Positions 28,113-36,892 of a stretch of 64,000 nt of DNA are shown piece after piece. Origin of the DNA: Alphaproteobacteria bacterium (lineage in GTDB: Bacteria > Pseudomonadota > Alphaproteobacteria > Rickettsiales > UBA1997); NCBI GenBank assembly GCA_014190355.1, contig BJGH01000001.1, forward strand, positions 177,272 through 241,271. Direction: 5' to 3'. The notes under the pieces were generated by a model. The model made no database searches. It was not told the origin of the DNA and saw only the letters and a list, made by a program, of their open reading frames with translations. Made by a program: the position numbers and the translations under genes. Positions within the stretch are counted from its first letter, which is position 1, and every line of letters starts with the position of its first letter.

Positions 28113-29120
28113 ATGTCAAATAACCAACAAAACCAACCCTCCCCGCAAATCCTACTTTATCAAAGCGAGGATGGCAAAATTAAACTTGATGTTGAATTAC
28201 AGCAAGAAACCGTCTGGCTTAATCAAGAACAAATGGCGGTTTTGTTTGGCAAGGCAAAATCTACCATCAACGAACATATTCAAAATATTTATACTGAAGG
28301 AGAGCTTTTAGAAAGCCAGTCCATGAAGAAATTCGGAAATTCCGAATTTCAACAAAAAGCCACAAATTATTACAACCTTGATGTCATAATTTCTGTTGGT
28401 TATCGGGTAAAATCAAAGCAAGGCACACAATTTCGCATTTGGGCGACTAATCGTTTAAAAGAATATATTGTTAAAGGTTTTGCACTAAATGATGATCGCT
28501 TTAAAGCTGGCAAGTCGATGAATTATTTTGATGAATTGCAAGAAAGAATTCGTGAAATTAGGCTTTCTGAACGCTTCTTCTATCAAAAAATTAAAGATAT
28601 TTACGCAACCAGCATTGATTATGACGCCAAAGATGAAAAGACAATTGAATTTTTTCAAATTGTCCAAAACAAGCTTTTATGGGCAATAAGCAAGCAAACT
28701 GCAGCAGAGTTGATTTACAAAAGGTCTGATGGCAATTTGCCTTTTATGGGCATGAAATCTTATGACAAAAAAACCGAAAAATCGATCACTAAAAAAGATT
28801 CTGAAATTGGCAAAAATTATTTAGATGAAAGCGAAATTAAATTGCTTGGGCTTTTGGTTGAGCAATATTTGGCATTTGCCGAAACGATGGCAAATCAAAG
28901 AATTGCAATGTATATGAAAGATTGGATTGCAAAACTTGATTCAATCTTGCAACTTAACGGCAGAGAGATTTTAAAACATGCAGGAACAATAACTCACAAA
29001 ATTGCAGTTGAAAAATCAGGAAACGAATATCAAAAATTTAAAGAAATTCAAAAAAAACTAGAAAAACAAGAAAGCTTGAAAGAGCTCGAAAATGATTTAA
29101 TGAAAATTAAAAACTTATGA
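28113..29120 (+). CDS. RhuM-family (virulence-protein RhuM-like) protein
   Basis: 335 aa. The N-terminal pattern ILLYQSEDGKIKLDVELQQETVWLNQEQMAVLFGKAKSTINEHIQNIYTEGEL...YNLDVIISVGYRVKSKQGTQFRIWATNRLKEYIVKGFALND matches the RhuM family as I recall it. Confidence 0.75.
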   Translation: MSNNQQNQPSPQILLYQSEDGKIKLDVELQQETVWLNQEQMAVLFGKAKSTINEHIQNIYTEGELLESQSMKKFGNSEFQQKATNYYNLDVIISVGYRVKSKQGTQFRIWATNRLKEYIVKGFALNDDRFKAGKSMNYFDELQERIREIRLSERFFYQKIKDIYATSIDYDAKDEKTIEFFQIVQNKLLWAISKQTAAELIYKRSDGNLPFMGMKSYDKKTEKSITKKDSEIGKNYLDESEIKLLGLLVEQYLAFAETMANQRIAMYMKDWIAKLDSILQLNGREILKHAGTITHKIAVEKSGNEYQKFKEIQKKLEKQESLKELENDLMKIKNL

Positions 29121-29800
29121 CTAACAAAGAAGATTTTTATGAAAAAAATAATTCATCAATATTCGACCCAAAAGGAACCAATTGGATTGATGATATTGAA
29201 ATTTTATTAAACGATAAGCATTTTGTTAAACATTATCAAGATAATTTTTTTTCTCTTTACGCATCAGGCTATAAAGATTCAGCAAATATACTTTGCGAAC
29301 ATATCATAGAAAAAAAACGAACTTTAAATCGATCCGGCATAGTTTATCCAATAATTTATCTTTACAGACATTATTTAGAACTTCAGTTAAAAAACTTAAT
29401 TTTATTAAGTAATAAAGCTATTCTTCTAATTAATAACAACTCCTTTGATGATAGCTATAAAAAAATAATACTTTCTCATAATCTTATAGATTTATACGAT
29501 TTATGTTTAAAAAATCTAAAAAACTTATCAGAAGAAATTGGGGAAGAAGAATCTTTAATTAACGAAAATGAGGATTTTTCAATGCTAAAAAATATTATTA
29601 AAGAATTTGATAAACATGACAAATTATCTGAAGCTTTTAGATATCCGGTGGATAAAAAAAATAATTTTAACTTACAAAAAATTAATAACATTAACATAAA
29701 AAAAATATACGATATGATTAATGAGGGCACTAAAATATTAGATGGAGCTGAAGGCTGGCTTGATCATCAAATTTCTGAAATTTCTAAGAATCATAGTTGA
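29117..29800 (+). CDS. Hypothetical protein translationally coupled to the RhuM-family gene
   Basis: 227 aa. Its ATG overlaps the RhuM-like stop (ATGA). It looks helical and has locally conserved-looking motifs YLYRHYLELQLKN, LSHNLIDLY and AFRYPVDK. No family recognised with confidence. Confidence 0.55.
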   Translation: MTNKEDFYEKNNSSIFDPKGTNWIDDIEILLNDKHFVKHYQDNFFSLYASGYKDSANILCEHIIEKKRTLNRSGIVYPIIYLYRHYLELQLKNLILLSNKAILLINNNSFDDSYKKIILSHNLIDLYDLCLKNLKNLSEEIGEEESLINENEDFSMLKNIIKEFDKHDKLSEAFRYPVDKKNNFNLQKINNINIKKIYDMINEGTKILDGAEGWLDHQISEISKNHS

Positions 29801-29834
29801 TTTTAAAAATAAAAAATTTTTTTAAGTTGATATT

Positions 29835-30146
29835 TTGGCAGCCAAAGGAGATTTAGGTTTTGAAAATCCTAAAATTTGTATTCAAGTAAAATCGGGCTCA
29901 GCGGTTGGAATTGATATTTTAGATCGCCTTTCAGGAACAATCAAAAAAGTTAAAGCTGATTTTGGTTTGCTGGTTTCTTGGGAAGGTTTCAAAGGAAGTA
30001 TTAAAGAAGAAAAGAAAAATGAATTTTTTGCAATCAGGCTTTGGGAGCAAAAAGAACTGGTTGAAGAATTTTTAAAACATTATCATAAACTAGATGAAGA
30101 GATAAAGTCAGAAATCCCTTTGAAGCAAATCTTGATTTATTTCTAA
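29835..30146 (+). pseudogene. 3' fragment of an Mrr-like restriction endonuclease (Mrr_cat family)
   Basis: Only 103 codons, opening with TTG. GDLGFENPKICIQVKSGSAVGIDILDRLSGTIKKVKADFGLLVSWEGFKGSIKEEKKNEFFAIRLWEQKELVEEF...EIPLKQIL corresponds to the C-terminal half of ~300-aa Mrr-type enzymes. The N-terminal wHTH and the upstream catalytic Asp region are missing. Confidence 0.6.
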
Positions 30147-30369
30147 TGATGAATAATTTTAACTAAAATAAATTATGGAGGTGTAATTGCGGTCAGTAGC
30201 TATAAAATTCGAATTATAGATTTTTTTTAATATTTTTTTATTGATAAAAACAATTCCAAAAAAGCTGGCAGGCTAGAAAAAATCTTTTGCAATACTAACA
30301 GATTTAGTAAAATCTATCTTATTTATTTTTAAATTAAAATTTATAAATTATCACAAAACCTCTGCAAAT

Positions 30370-31686
30370 TTATTGAATTTCACACCCTTTGCCTCTCCTT
30401 CTCAATAAACCAGTACAAGAATTTCTTCCTTTGGATGTTACAGGTAAACTAGAACCATCTACCTGGTCATTTGTATTATCGCTCAAACTAAAACCCCTTG
30501 CAATCTGCGATTGAGTAGTGTTATCACAATTTTCTAAAACAATCTGGCCATCTCTTAATAATGAAGAATTAACTTGATTTTCTTGAGGATTATGAGTGTT
30601 CTGAAGATTATGGTTTAAGGGATTTTGATGAGATTGGATAGACTCTAAAGCATTTTCTTCTAAATCACTTTTACCAGAACTTATAATAGCTAATTCACAG
30701 ATAATTTTAGGTTCTTTATCTTCAATTCCAGGTTTTTTAAGTCCCCGTTCAATTTGATGGGATTCAGATCTTGATTGATTAGCTATTTTACTTTCCGCTT
30801 TACTTGCCGCGACACTATTAAATGCCGATACTCTATCTCTTACACTTCCTAACTCTTTTTCATCTATACCCTGAAGAGCGCTACCATTTTGGTTTGTCGA
30901 AGGTTTGATTGATGATCGCATTGGAAGAGTCGGCATAATTCTTCTACCATATTGATTGACAGTTCGCTCATTTCTATTTAAATAGGTTTCGTGACAAGTT
31001 TTTATTTTTTTTAAAATTGTTTTTAAATCTTCTAAATTATCGATTTCAATTTTTTGGGGATTAGATCTATATTGAGCCGCTTCACAAAAGAAAATTCTTA
31101 ATTTATCATCTTCAGTATCGTAATTTACAAAAATTGAAGATCTGCTTGAATTTTCATTAAACTCCATTTCAACAATTTTTTCTTTAACTAAAAATGATAA
31201 ACTATTTTCAGTTCCAACAAAAATAAATTCTTTAAGAGTTTTAGAAGTTTTCTTTAGATTTTCAATCGCCAAATCTTTAAAATATTTTTGCAATTCTTTT
31301 AATTCAACATCACCATCATGATGTTTGGGCATGACTTCATCGTCAGCTAAACTATCAATTTTTATTTGTCTTTGATCAATAGCATCAATAAATAAAGCTG
31401 TTATTTGAGCAATTCTTTCCTTATCCGATATATGAGACTTAACTTTATCAACATCAAAACTAAATATTTCAAAATTGTTATCATCAGTAATTTCAATTTG
31501 ATATCTCTCGCCATTATCTATTAAAGCCATGGCTTTTCGCCCAAGTCTTTCAGTTATCCCGCATTCAATTTCACTTACAAAAGGATCTTTGAAAAAACCT
31601 TTTTCACTATTAGATTTAGTATTGTCTTCAATGAAATTATTGATTTGCTGATAATATGGATTGTTTGCAATATTTGAGCTTTTCAT
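30370..31686 (-). CDS. Hypothetical protein ending in a polybasic CaaX-like box
   Basis: 438-aa ORF with no recognisable domain. The C-terminus, read codon by codon from the minus strand, is ...CTGLLRRRGKGCEIQ-stop. Confidence 0.6.
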   Translation of the reverse strand: MKSSNIANNPYYQQINNFIEDNTKSNSEKGFFKDPFVSEIECGITERLGRKAMALIDNGERYQIEITDDNNFEIFSFDVDKVKSHISDKERIAQITALFIDAIDQRQIKIDSLADDEVMPKHHDGDVELKELQKYFKDLAIENLKKTSKTLKEFIFVGTENSLSFLVKEKIVEMEFNENSSRSSIFVNYDTEDDKLRIFFCEAAQYRSNPQKIEIDNLEDLKTILKKIKTCHETYLNRNERTVNQYGRRIMPTLPMRSSIKPSTNQNGSALQGIDEKELGSVRDRVSAFNSVAASKAESKIANQSRSESHQIERGLKKPGIEDKEPKIICELAIISSGKSDLEENALESIQSHQNPLNHNLQNTHNPQENQVNSSLLRDGQIVLENCDNTTQSQIARGFSLSDNTNDQVDGSSLPVTSKGRNSCTGLLRRRGKGCEIQ

Positions 31687-32167
31687 AAAAAATGAAATTA
31701 ATTAATTTTTGTCACATATAAAATAATCTTTAAAATAATTAAGATTTTTATATTAAAAAAACTAACCTAATTATGATTTATTTATTAAATAAATTTTTTC
31801 ATAAATAAATTATTTTTAATTAGAAGTCAACAATTTATTTTTTTCTTTTAGATTTTTATCTTTAGGTTAATTTTTAAATGCCAAATTTAATAAAAAATAC
31901 AATCATTTTTTTTAATATTTTAACCATCTGCATCATTGATAACATGATTAAAATACATCGTTTGACTATTATAAAATTACCATCTTAAATTAATTCATCA
32001 AAACTAATAAATTTTTTAAGAAATATTTGATAAATGCTCTAAAACCATGATTTTGTATGGTTAGCTTCGTAAATCATTTTTAGTTTTTAAATATTTTTTT
32101 AAAAAATGTTAATTTTAAATTTTAAAAAAATTGCAAAAAATAGCTTTAATTATTACAACATTAAATT

Positions 32168-33394
32168 ATGAAAAAAATTTTAGTAAAAAATCCCATTGTT
32201 GAAATTGATGGCGATGAAATGGCTCGAGTCTTATGGCATATGATCAAAGAAAATTTGATTTTGCCTTATCTAGATCTTAACATAAAATATTATGATTTAG
32301 CCATTGAAAAACGCGATGCAAGTGAAGATCAAATCACTATTGATGCAGGTAATGCCATCAAGGAATATCAAGTTGGTATCAAATGCGCAACGATTACTGC
32401 TGACGAAGCTCGTCAAAAAGAATTTAATCTTAAACAAATTTGGAAATCGCCCAATGGCACAATTCGCAATATTTTAGATGGTACGGTGTTTCGTGAACCA
32501 ATTGTTTGCAAAAATGTTCCAAGACTTGTTAGTAATTGGCAAAACCCGATCATTGTTGGCAGACATGCTTTTGGCGATCAGTATAAAGCAACAGATTTTT
32601 TAATTCCAAGTGCTGGCAAATTATCAATTAAATTTGTTGGTGATGATGGAAAAGTTATAGAACATGAGGTTCATAAATTTAAATCAAGCGGTGTTGCCAT
32701 GGCAATGTATAATGTTGACGAGTCAATCACCGGCTTTGCTCGCTCATGTTTTAATTTAGCCTTGCAAAAAAATTGGCCATTATATCTTTCAACTAAAAAC
32801 ACTATCCTAAAAAAATATGATGGCAGATTTAAAACTATTTTCCAAGAAATTTTTGATAGCGAATTTAAAGAAAAATTTTCTTCACAAAATATCACCTATG
32901 AGCATCGCTTGATCGATGATATGGTAGCTTTTGCTTTGAAATCGAATGGCAATTTTATTTGGGCTTGTAAAAATTATGATGGCGATGTGCAATCTGATTC
33001 AGTTGCTCAAGGCTTTGGTTCGCTTGGTTTAATGACCTCAGTATTAATAACTCCCGATGGCAAAATTTTAGAAAGTGAAGCTGCTCATGGCACAATCACT
33101 CGTCATTATCGCCAATATCAAAAAGGCATTCCAACCTCTACTAACCCAATTGCTTCAATCTTTGCTTGGAGTCGTGGTTTGGCATTTCGAGGAAAAATTG
33201 ACCAAAATTTAGAGTTAATTGATTTTTGTCAAAAATTAGAAAAAGCTTGTGTGGCAAGTGTTGAATCAGGAAAAATGACTAAAGATTTAGCAATCTGCAT
33301 TAATCCCAACAAAGTTGAGCATGGCAAAGATTATCTTTACAGTGAAGAATTTATTTTAGCAATCAAAAAACAGCTTGAAAAATTTTTAAAATAA
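32168..33394 (+). CDS. icd: NADP-dependent isocitrate dehydrogenase (homodimeric, eukaryote-like type)
   Basis: 408 aa. Motifs [56 protein letters not shown] and [10 protein letters not shown] are present. Confidence 0.95.
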   Translation: MKKILVKNPIVEIDGDEMARVLWHMIKENLILPYLDLNIKYYDLAIEKRDASEDQITIDAGNAIKEYQVGIKCATITADEARQKEFNLKQIWKSPNGTIRNILDGTVFREPIVCKNVPRLVSNWQNPIIVGRHAFGDQYKATDFLIPSAGKLSIKFVGDDGKVIEHEVHKFKSSGVAMAMYNVDESITGFARSCFNLALQKNWPLYLSTKNTILKKYDGRFKTIFQEIFDSEFKEKFSSQNITYEHRLIDDMVAFALKSNGNFIWACKNYDGDVQSDSVAQGFGSLGLMTSVLITPDGKILESEAAHGTITRHYRQYQKGIPTSTNPIASIFAWSRGLAFRGKIDQNLELIDFCQKLEKACVASVESGKMTKDLAICINPNKVEHGKDYLYSEEFILAIKKQLEKFLK

Positions 33395-33460
33395 ATTAAA
33401 TTATCATAATTAAAATATAATATAATTATTTTTATTTATTTAAATTAAATATTTTATAAC

Positions 33461-34561
33461 ATGCAAAATATTGTTAATATTGAAAAAAAAGCTAGAACAT
33501 TCACCCTTGCCTTGGTTGACAATGACGATACTTTGATTGATAAAAATGCCAATATCAATACACATTTACTTAATCATTTACGCAATCAAGTTAAACCAGA
33601 TTATTTAGCAATAATAACTGGCAGGATTTTAGGAACAGTTGCAAATATAAACCTCAATCCGCATTCGTCTTCTTTTTTTCGAAGGAAAATATCTAGATGG
33701 AAAAATCAATTAGCTTTTGATGAGGTATATCAGGGTTTAGCTAATTCTGAAGATTCTGAAAATCCTCCATTAAAAATTGATTTTGTTAGTACACCATATG
33801 ATTTAGCTCATGTAAAAGAAGATGATTGGAAAGGATTTTATCAAACAAAAATGAAACCTTTTGAAAATGCGGTAAAAAATGATACTAAAATAACTTCAAT
33901 TGAGCAAGCCAGAAGATATTGGAAACATAATGCAAGTAAATTACAATCTTCAGATGAAGAAAAATGTTTAGAAATTCTAACAGATGCTGATTTATCTAAA
34001 ACAAAATATGCTGAAATAGTTAATGCTTTTAAAGTAAATGATGATGTGAAGAATGAATTAATTAAATCTCATCCAGCTAATAAACCCTTAGCTAACAAAC
34101 ATCTGCAAACTCTGGATTTTTTAAGAAAACTTGCCAAAACAAAATCACTAGATAAAAAAAATTATGATGAGTTAGAAATTGCCATCTATGACGATAATAC
34201 AGAAAATATTCAAGCCATGAAAAATGCCGCTGGAGATTTTAATAAATTAACTGGGATTAGATTAAAATTTTTTACAGCAAATATTAAATATGGTGAAGGC
34301 AATAATATGTTTAGCCAAACTCAAAATGTTTGTGCTAAATTAACTACTAAATTAGATTCTTATCGAAGATTTTATATGGCATTATCTTATAAAGTATCAT
34401 CAAATTCAAGAGCTGAAAATAACCTATTTTATCGCTTAAAAAATAATTTTAGAGATAAATCTTCAAGATCACATGATCTTGTTTCAGGTGAACATGAAGG
34501 ATACCAAGGGCATAATTCTCAAAGTTTTCAACTTCCAACAACTCCCCCCTCAAATCAATAA
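33461..34561 (+). CDS. Hypothetical protein with HAD-phosphatase-like motifs (probably the 5' part of a split gene)
   Basis: 366 aa. It has LALVDNDDTLID (hhhhDxDxT, HAD motif I), LAIITGR (motif II-like) and IAIYDDNTENIQAM (motif IV-like). The ORF ends just after a C6 run at 34544-34549. Confidence 0.5.
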   Translation: MQNIVNIEKKARTFTLALVDNDDTLIDKNANINTHLLNHLRNQVKPDYLAIITGRILGTVANINLNPHSSSFFRRKISRWKNQLAFDEVYQGLANSEDSENPPLKIDFVSTPYDLAHVKEDDWKGFYQTKMKPFENAVKNDTKITSIEQARRYWKHNASKLQSSDEEKCLEILTDADLSKTKYAEIVNAFKVNDDVKNELIKSHPANKPLANKHLQTLDFLRKLAKTKSLDKKNYDELEIAIYDDNTENIQAMKNAAGDFNKLTGIRLKFFTANIKYGEGNNMFSQTQNVCAKLTTKLDSYRRFYMALSYKVSSNSRAENNLFYRLKNNFRDKSSRSHDLVSGEHEGYQGHNSQSFQLPTTPPSNQ

Positions 34562-35237
34562 AACTCGTTATGATTTTAAATTAACAACCCATCAAGAAAC
34601 TAACCCAATTTCACAAGCAATTAAAGATAACAATCAGCAAGTTTATTTTAGCGAATTGGCAAAAATAATTTTAGCAACTAAAAACCAATTTGATAAAGGT
34701 AAAGGCGAAGGAGAAAAACTTGATTTAGATGACATAACCAAAATAATAACCATGGCAATTGCCCTAAAAGGCTTTAGCGAAAAATCTGATCGAGATCTTG
34801 AAGATAATTGGCAGGCAATTGAAGGGAATCCTCAATTAAGACCGAGTGATTTAAGAAGATTTGGAGCAATTTTTCAAAAACAAATTAGTAGTTATGCATT
34901 AACAGGCAATCCAAATGCCACAAGACCTGAGGTAGGTATGCGCTTAAAAAGAATCGACATAAATTTCTTGCCTGAAATTATGAAACAAGCCGAAATTCAA
35001 TTACAATCAGGAGCTAAAGATTCGGATATTACCGATTTTAATAATAGTCTTAAAGATAATTTACAAAAATTAAACGAATTAAAAATTACCAACGCTTCTC
35101 AAGATCAATCAGCCAAGGACCAAGTAAAAAATGAATTTTATGATCAATTATTAATTCCAAATAAATCCCTATTAAGACCATTAGCTTCAAGTATAGTGCA
35201 AAAAAATAACCGCCCGCATAAAAAAAACAAATGTTAA
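34473..35237 (+). CDS. Hypothetical protein (probably the out-of-frame continuation of 33461-34561)
   Basis: This ORF overlaps the upstream ORF by 89 nt in another frame. Removing one C from the C6 run joins ...QLPTTPP to QINKTRYDFKL..., giving a protein of about 590 aa. Its stop abuts the rmuC stop with no spacer. Confidence 0.45.
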   Translation: MILFQVNMKDTKGIILKVFNFQQLPPQINKTRYDFKLTTHQETNPISQAIKDNNQQVYFSELAKIILATKNQFDKGKGEGEKLDLDDITKIITMAIALKGFSEKSDRDLEDNWQAIEGNPQLRPSDLRRFGAIFQKQISSYALTGNPNATRPEVGMRLKRIDINFLPEIMKQAEIQLQSGAKDSDITDFNNSLKDNLQKLNELKITNASQDQSAKDQVKNEFYDQLLIPNKSLLRPLASSIVQKNNRPHKKNKC

Positions 35238-36809
35238 CTAATTATTATTTTTTGTTATTTCTTGTTGATTAATATTTAAATTAACTTGCGGTAATGAAGA
35301 ATCATCTAAAACTACTAAATCATTATTATCCAACTCAATTTCATCAATTAAAATTTCAGGAATTTTTTTGTGCGATTTTAATCCCAAATTTTTAAAATTT
35401 TGAGCTTTGCTAATCAAATTGCCACGACCCTTGGAGAACTGGTTAACACTTTGTTCATAGACTTTACCAAGTGATTCAATTTGATTGCCTATTTTAACAA
35501 AACTCTCTGAAAAATTTATTAATTTATCATAAAATTTTTCAGCACTTTCAACAATTTTTAATGCATTACGAGTTTGGATTTCGCGTTGCCATAAATCACT
35601 AATTAATTTTAAACAAACGATTAAATTAGTTGGACTAACCAATAAAGTTTTTCGTTCATATGCATAAATCCATAATTGCTCATCAGCTTGCATAGCAAGC
35701 AAATATGCACTTTCAACCGGAATAAACATAATAGTAAAATCCAGTGATTTCAATAAATCATGATATTTTTTTTGCCCTAAAGTTTCAATGTGATTATAAA
35801 TTGATTTAAGATGCTGTTCAATAAAGATTTTTTGTTGAGCTTGATCATTGCAATTGCAATATTTTTCATAAGCGGTTAAAGAAACCTTAGAATCAGTGAT
35901 AATTAAACGATCATCTGGTAATAAAATTTGAAAATCTGGACGTAAATTTTTACCCTCCTCATTAACAAAAGATTTTTCACTGAAATAATTAACATTGCGA
36001 ATAAGGCCTGAATGCTGAAGAATTGCCTCTAAAATCATCTCTCCCCAATTACCTAATTTTTTGTTATTTCCTTGCAAAGCTTTTGCCAAATTATTGGCTT
36101 GTTCACTAACCTTATCACTATTTTCTTGCAATAATTTTACAGCCTTTTCTAAAGAGAATCGTTCTTTGGATTCTTTATCATAAACTTCATTAATTTGTTT
36201 TTTAAAATCTTCAATGTTTTTACCAAGAGGCTGAAGGATTGTAGAAATATTATTGAAATTTACTTCACTAAATTTTTGAGATTTTTCTTCTAAAATTTTA
36301 TTAGCCAAATTTTGAAATTGGATCAAAGAATTTTGATTAATTTGTTCCTGATTTTTAAATATTTCCGACTTAAAAATTTGCAGATTTTCTTTTAAATTTT
36401 TATTTTCAAAACTCAACTCGCCATTAGCTTTCTCAAGATTATGAATTTTGTTATTCAATTGCAGATTTTCTGAAGTTTGCTGATTTTGAGTTTTCTTAAA
36501 TTCGGCAATTTGTTCGAGAAAATTTTTAATTTGATTATCGGCTTCACTATCTTTTTTTTCAAAAATTACTAACTGTTTTTGTAATTCTAAATTACTGGTT
36601 TGTAAGTCATTAACAATAACATTTTTTTCTTCAATATTTTTACTCATCAACCCTACCCTTTCTTGCAATACTGCATTTTCTTTTTCAAGATCGGTAATTT
36701 TTGAATTAGTTGATAATTGCGAATTTTTTCGAGAAAAATAAAATGCTAAAAAAGATCCTACAAACACTGAAATTAAAGGCAAAACAGCATAAGTAAAAAC
36801 ATTAGACAT
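35238..36809 (-). CDS. rmuC: DNA recombination protein RmuC
   Basis: 523 aa. N-terminal TM, long coiled coil, and a C-terminal RmuC nuclease-like domain (NWGEMILEAIL, RPDFQILLPDDRLIITDSKVSLTAY). Confidence 0.9.
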   Translation of the reverse strand: MSNVFTYAVLPLISVFVGSFLAFYFSRKNSQLSTNSKITDLEKENAVLQERVGLMSKNIEEKNVIVNDLQTSNLELQKQLVIFEKKDSEADNQIKNFLEQIAEFKKTQNQQTSENLQLNNKIHNLEKANGELSFENKNLKENLQIFKSEIFKNQEQINQNSLIQFQNLANKILEEKSQKFSEVNFNNISTILQPLGKNIEDFKKQINEVYDKESKERFSLEKAVKLLQENSDKVSEQANNLAKALQGNNKKLGNWGEMILEAILQHSGLIRNVNYFSEKSFVNEEGKNLRPDFQILLPDDRLIITDSKVSLTAYEKYCNCNDQAQQKIFIEQHLKSIYNHIETLGQKKYHDLLKSLDFTIMFIPVESAYLLAMQADEQLWIYAYERKTLLVSPTNLIVCLKLISDLWQREIQTRNALKIVESAEKFYDKLINFSESFVKIGNQIESLGKVYEQSVNQFSKGRGNLISKAQNFKNLGLKSHKKIPEILIDEIELDNNDLVVLDDSSLPQVNLNINQQEITKNNN

Positions 36810-36892
36810 AATTAATTTTTGGTAAATAATTTATTTTTAAACATAATTTAATTTTTGATTAATCCAAATTTGATTAACAAAAAAATAGCTAG

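Noticed and set aside
35211-35237. Polybasic C-terminus ending in a terminal Cys (RPHKKNKC-stop) on the 34473-35237 ORF, considered as a lipidation signal
   Set aside because: A Cys as the very last residue does not fit CaaX, CC or CXC prenylation motifs. Nothing else supports lipidation.
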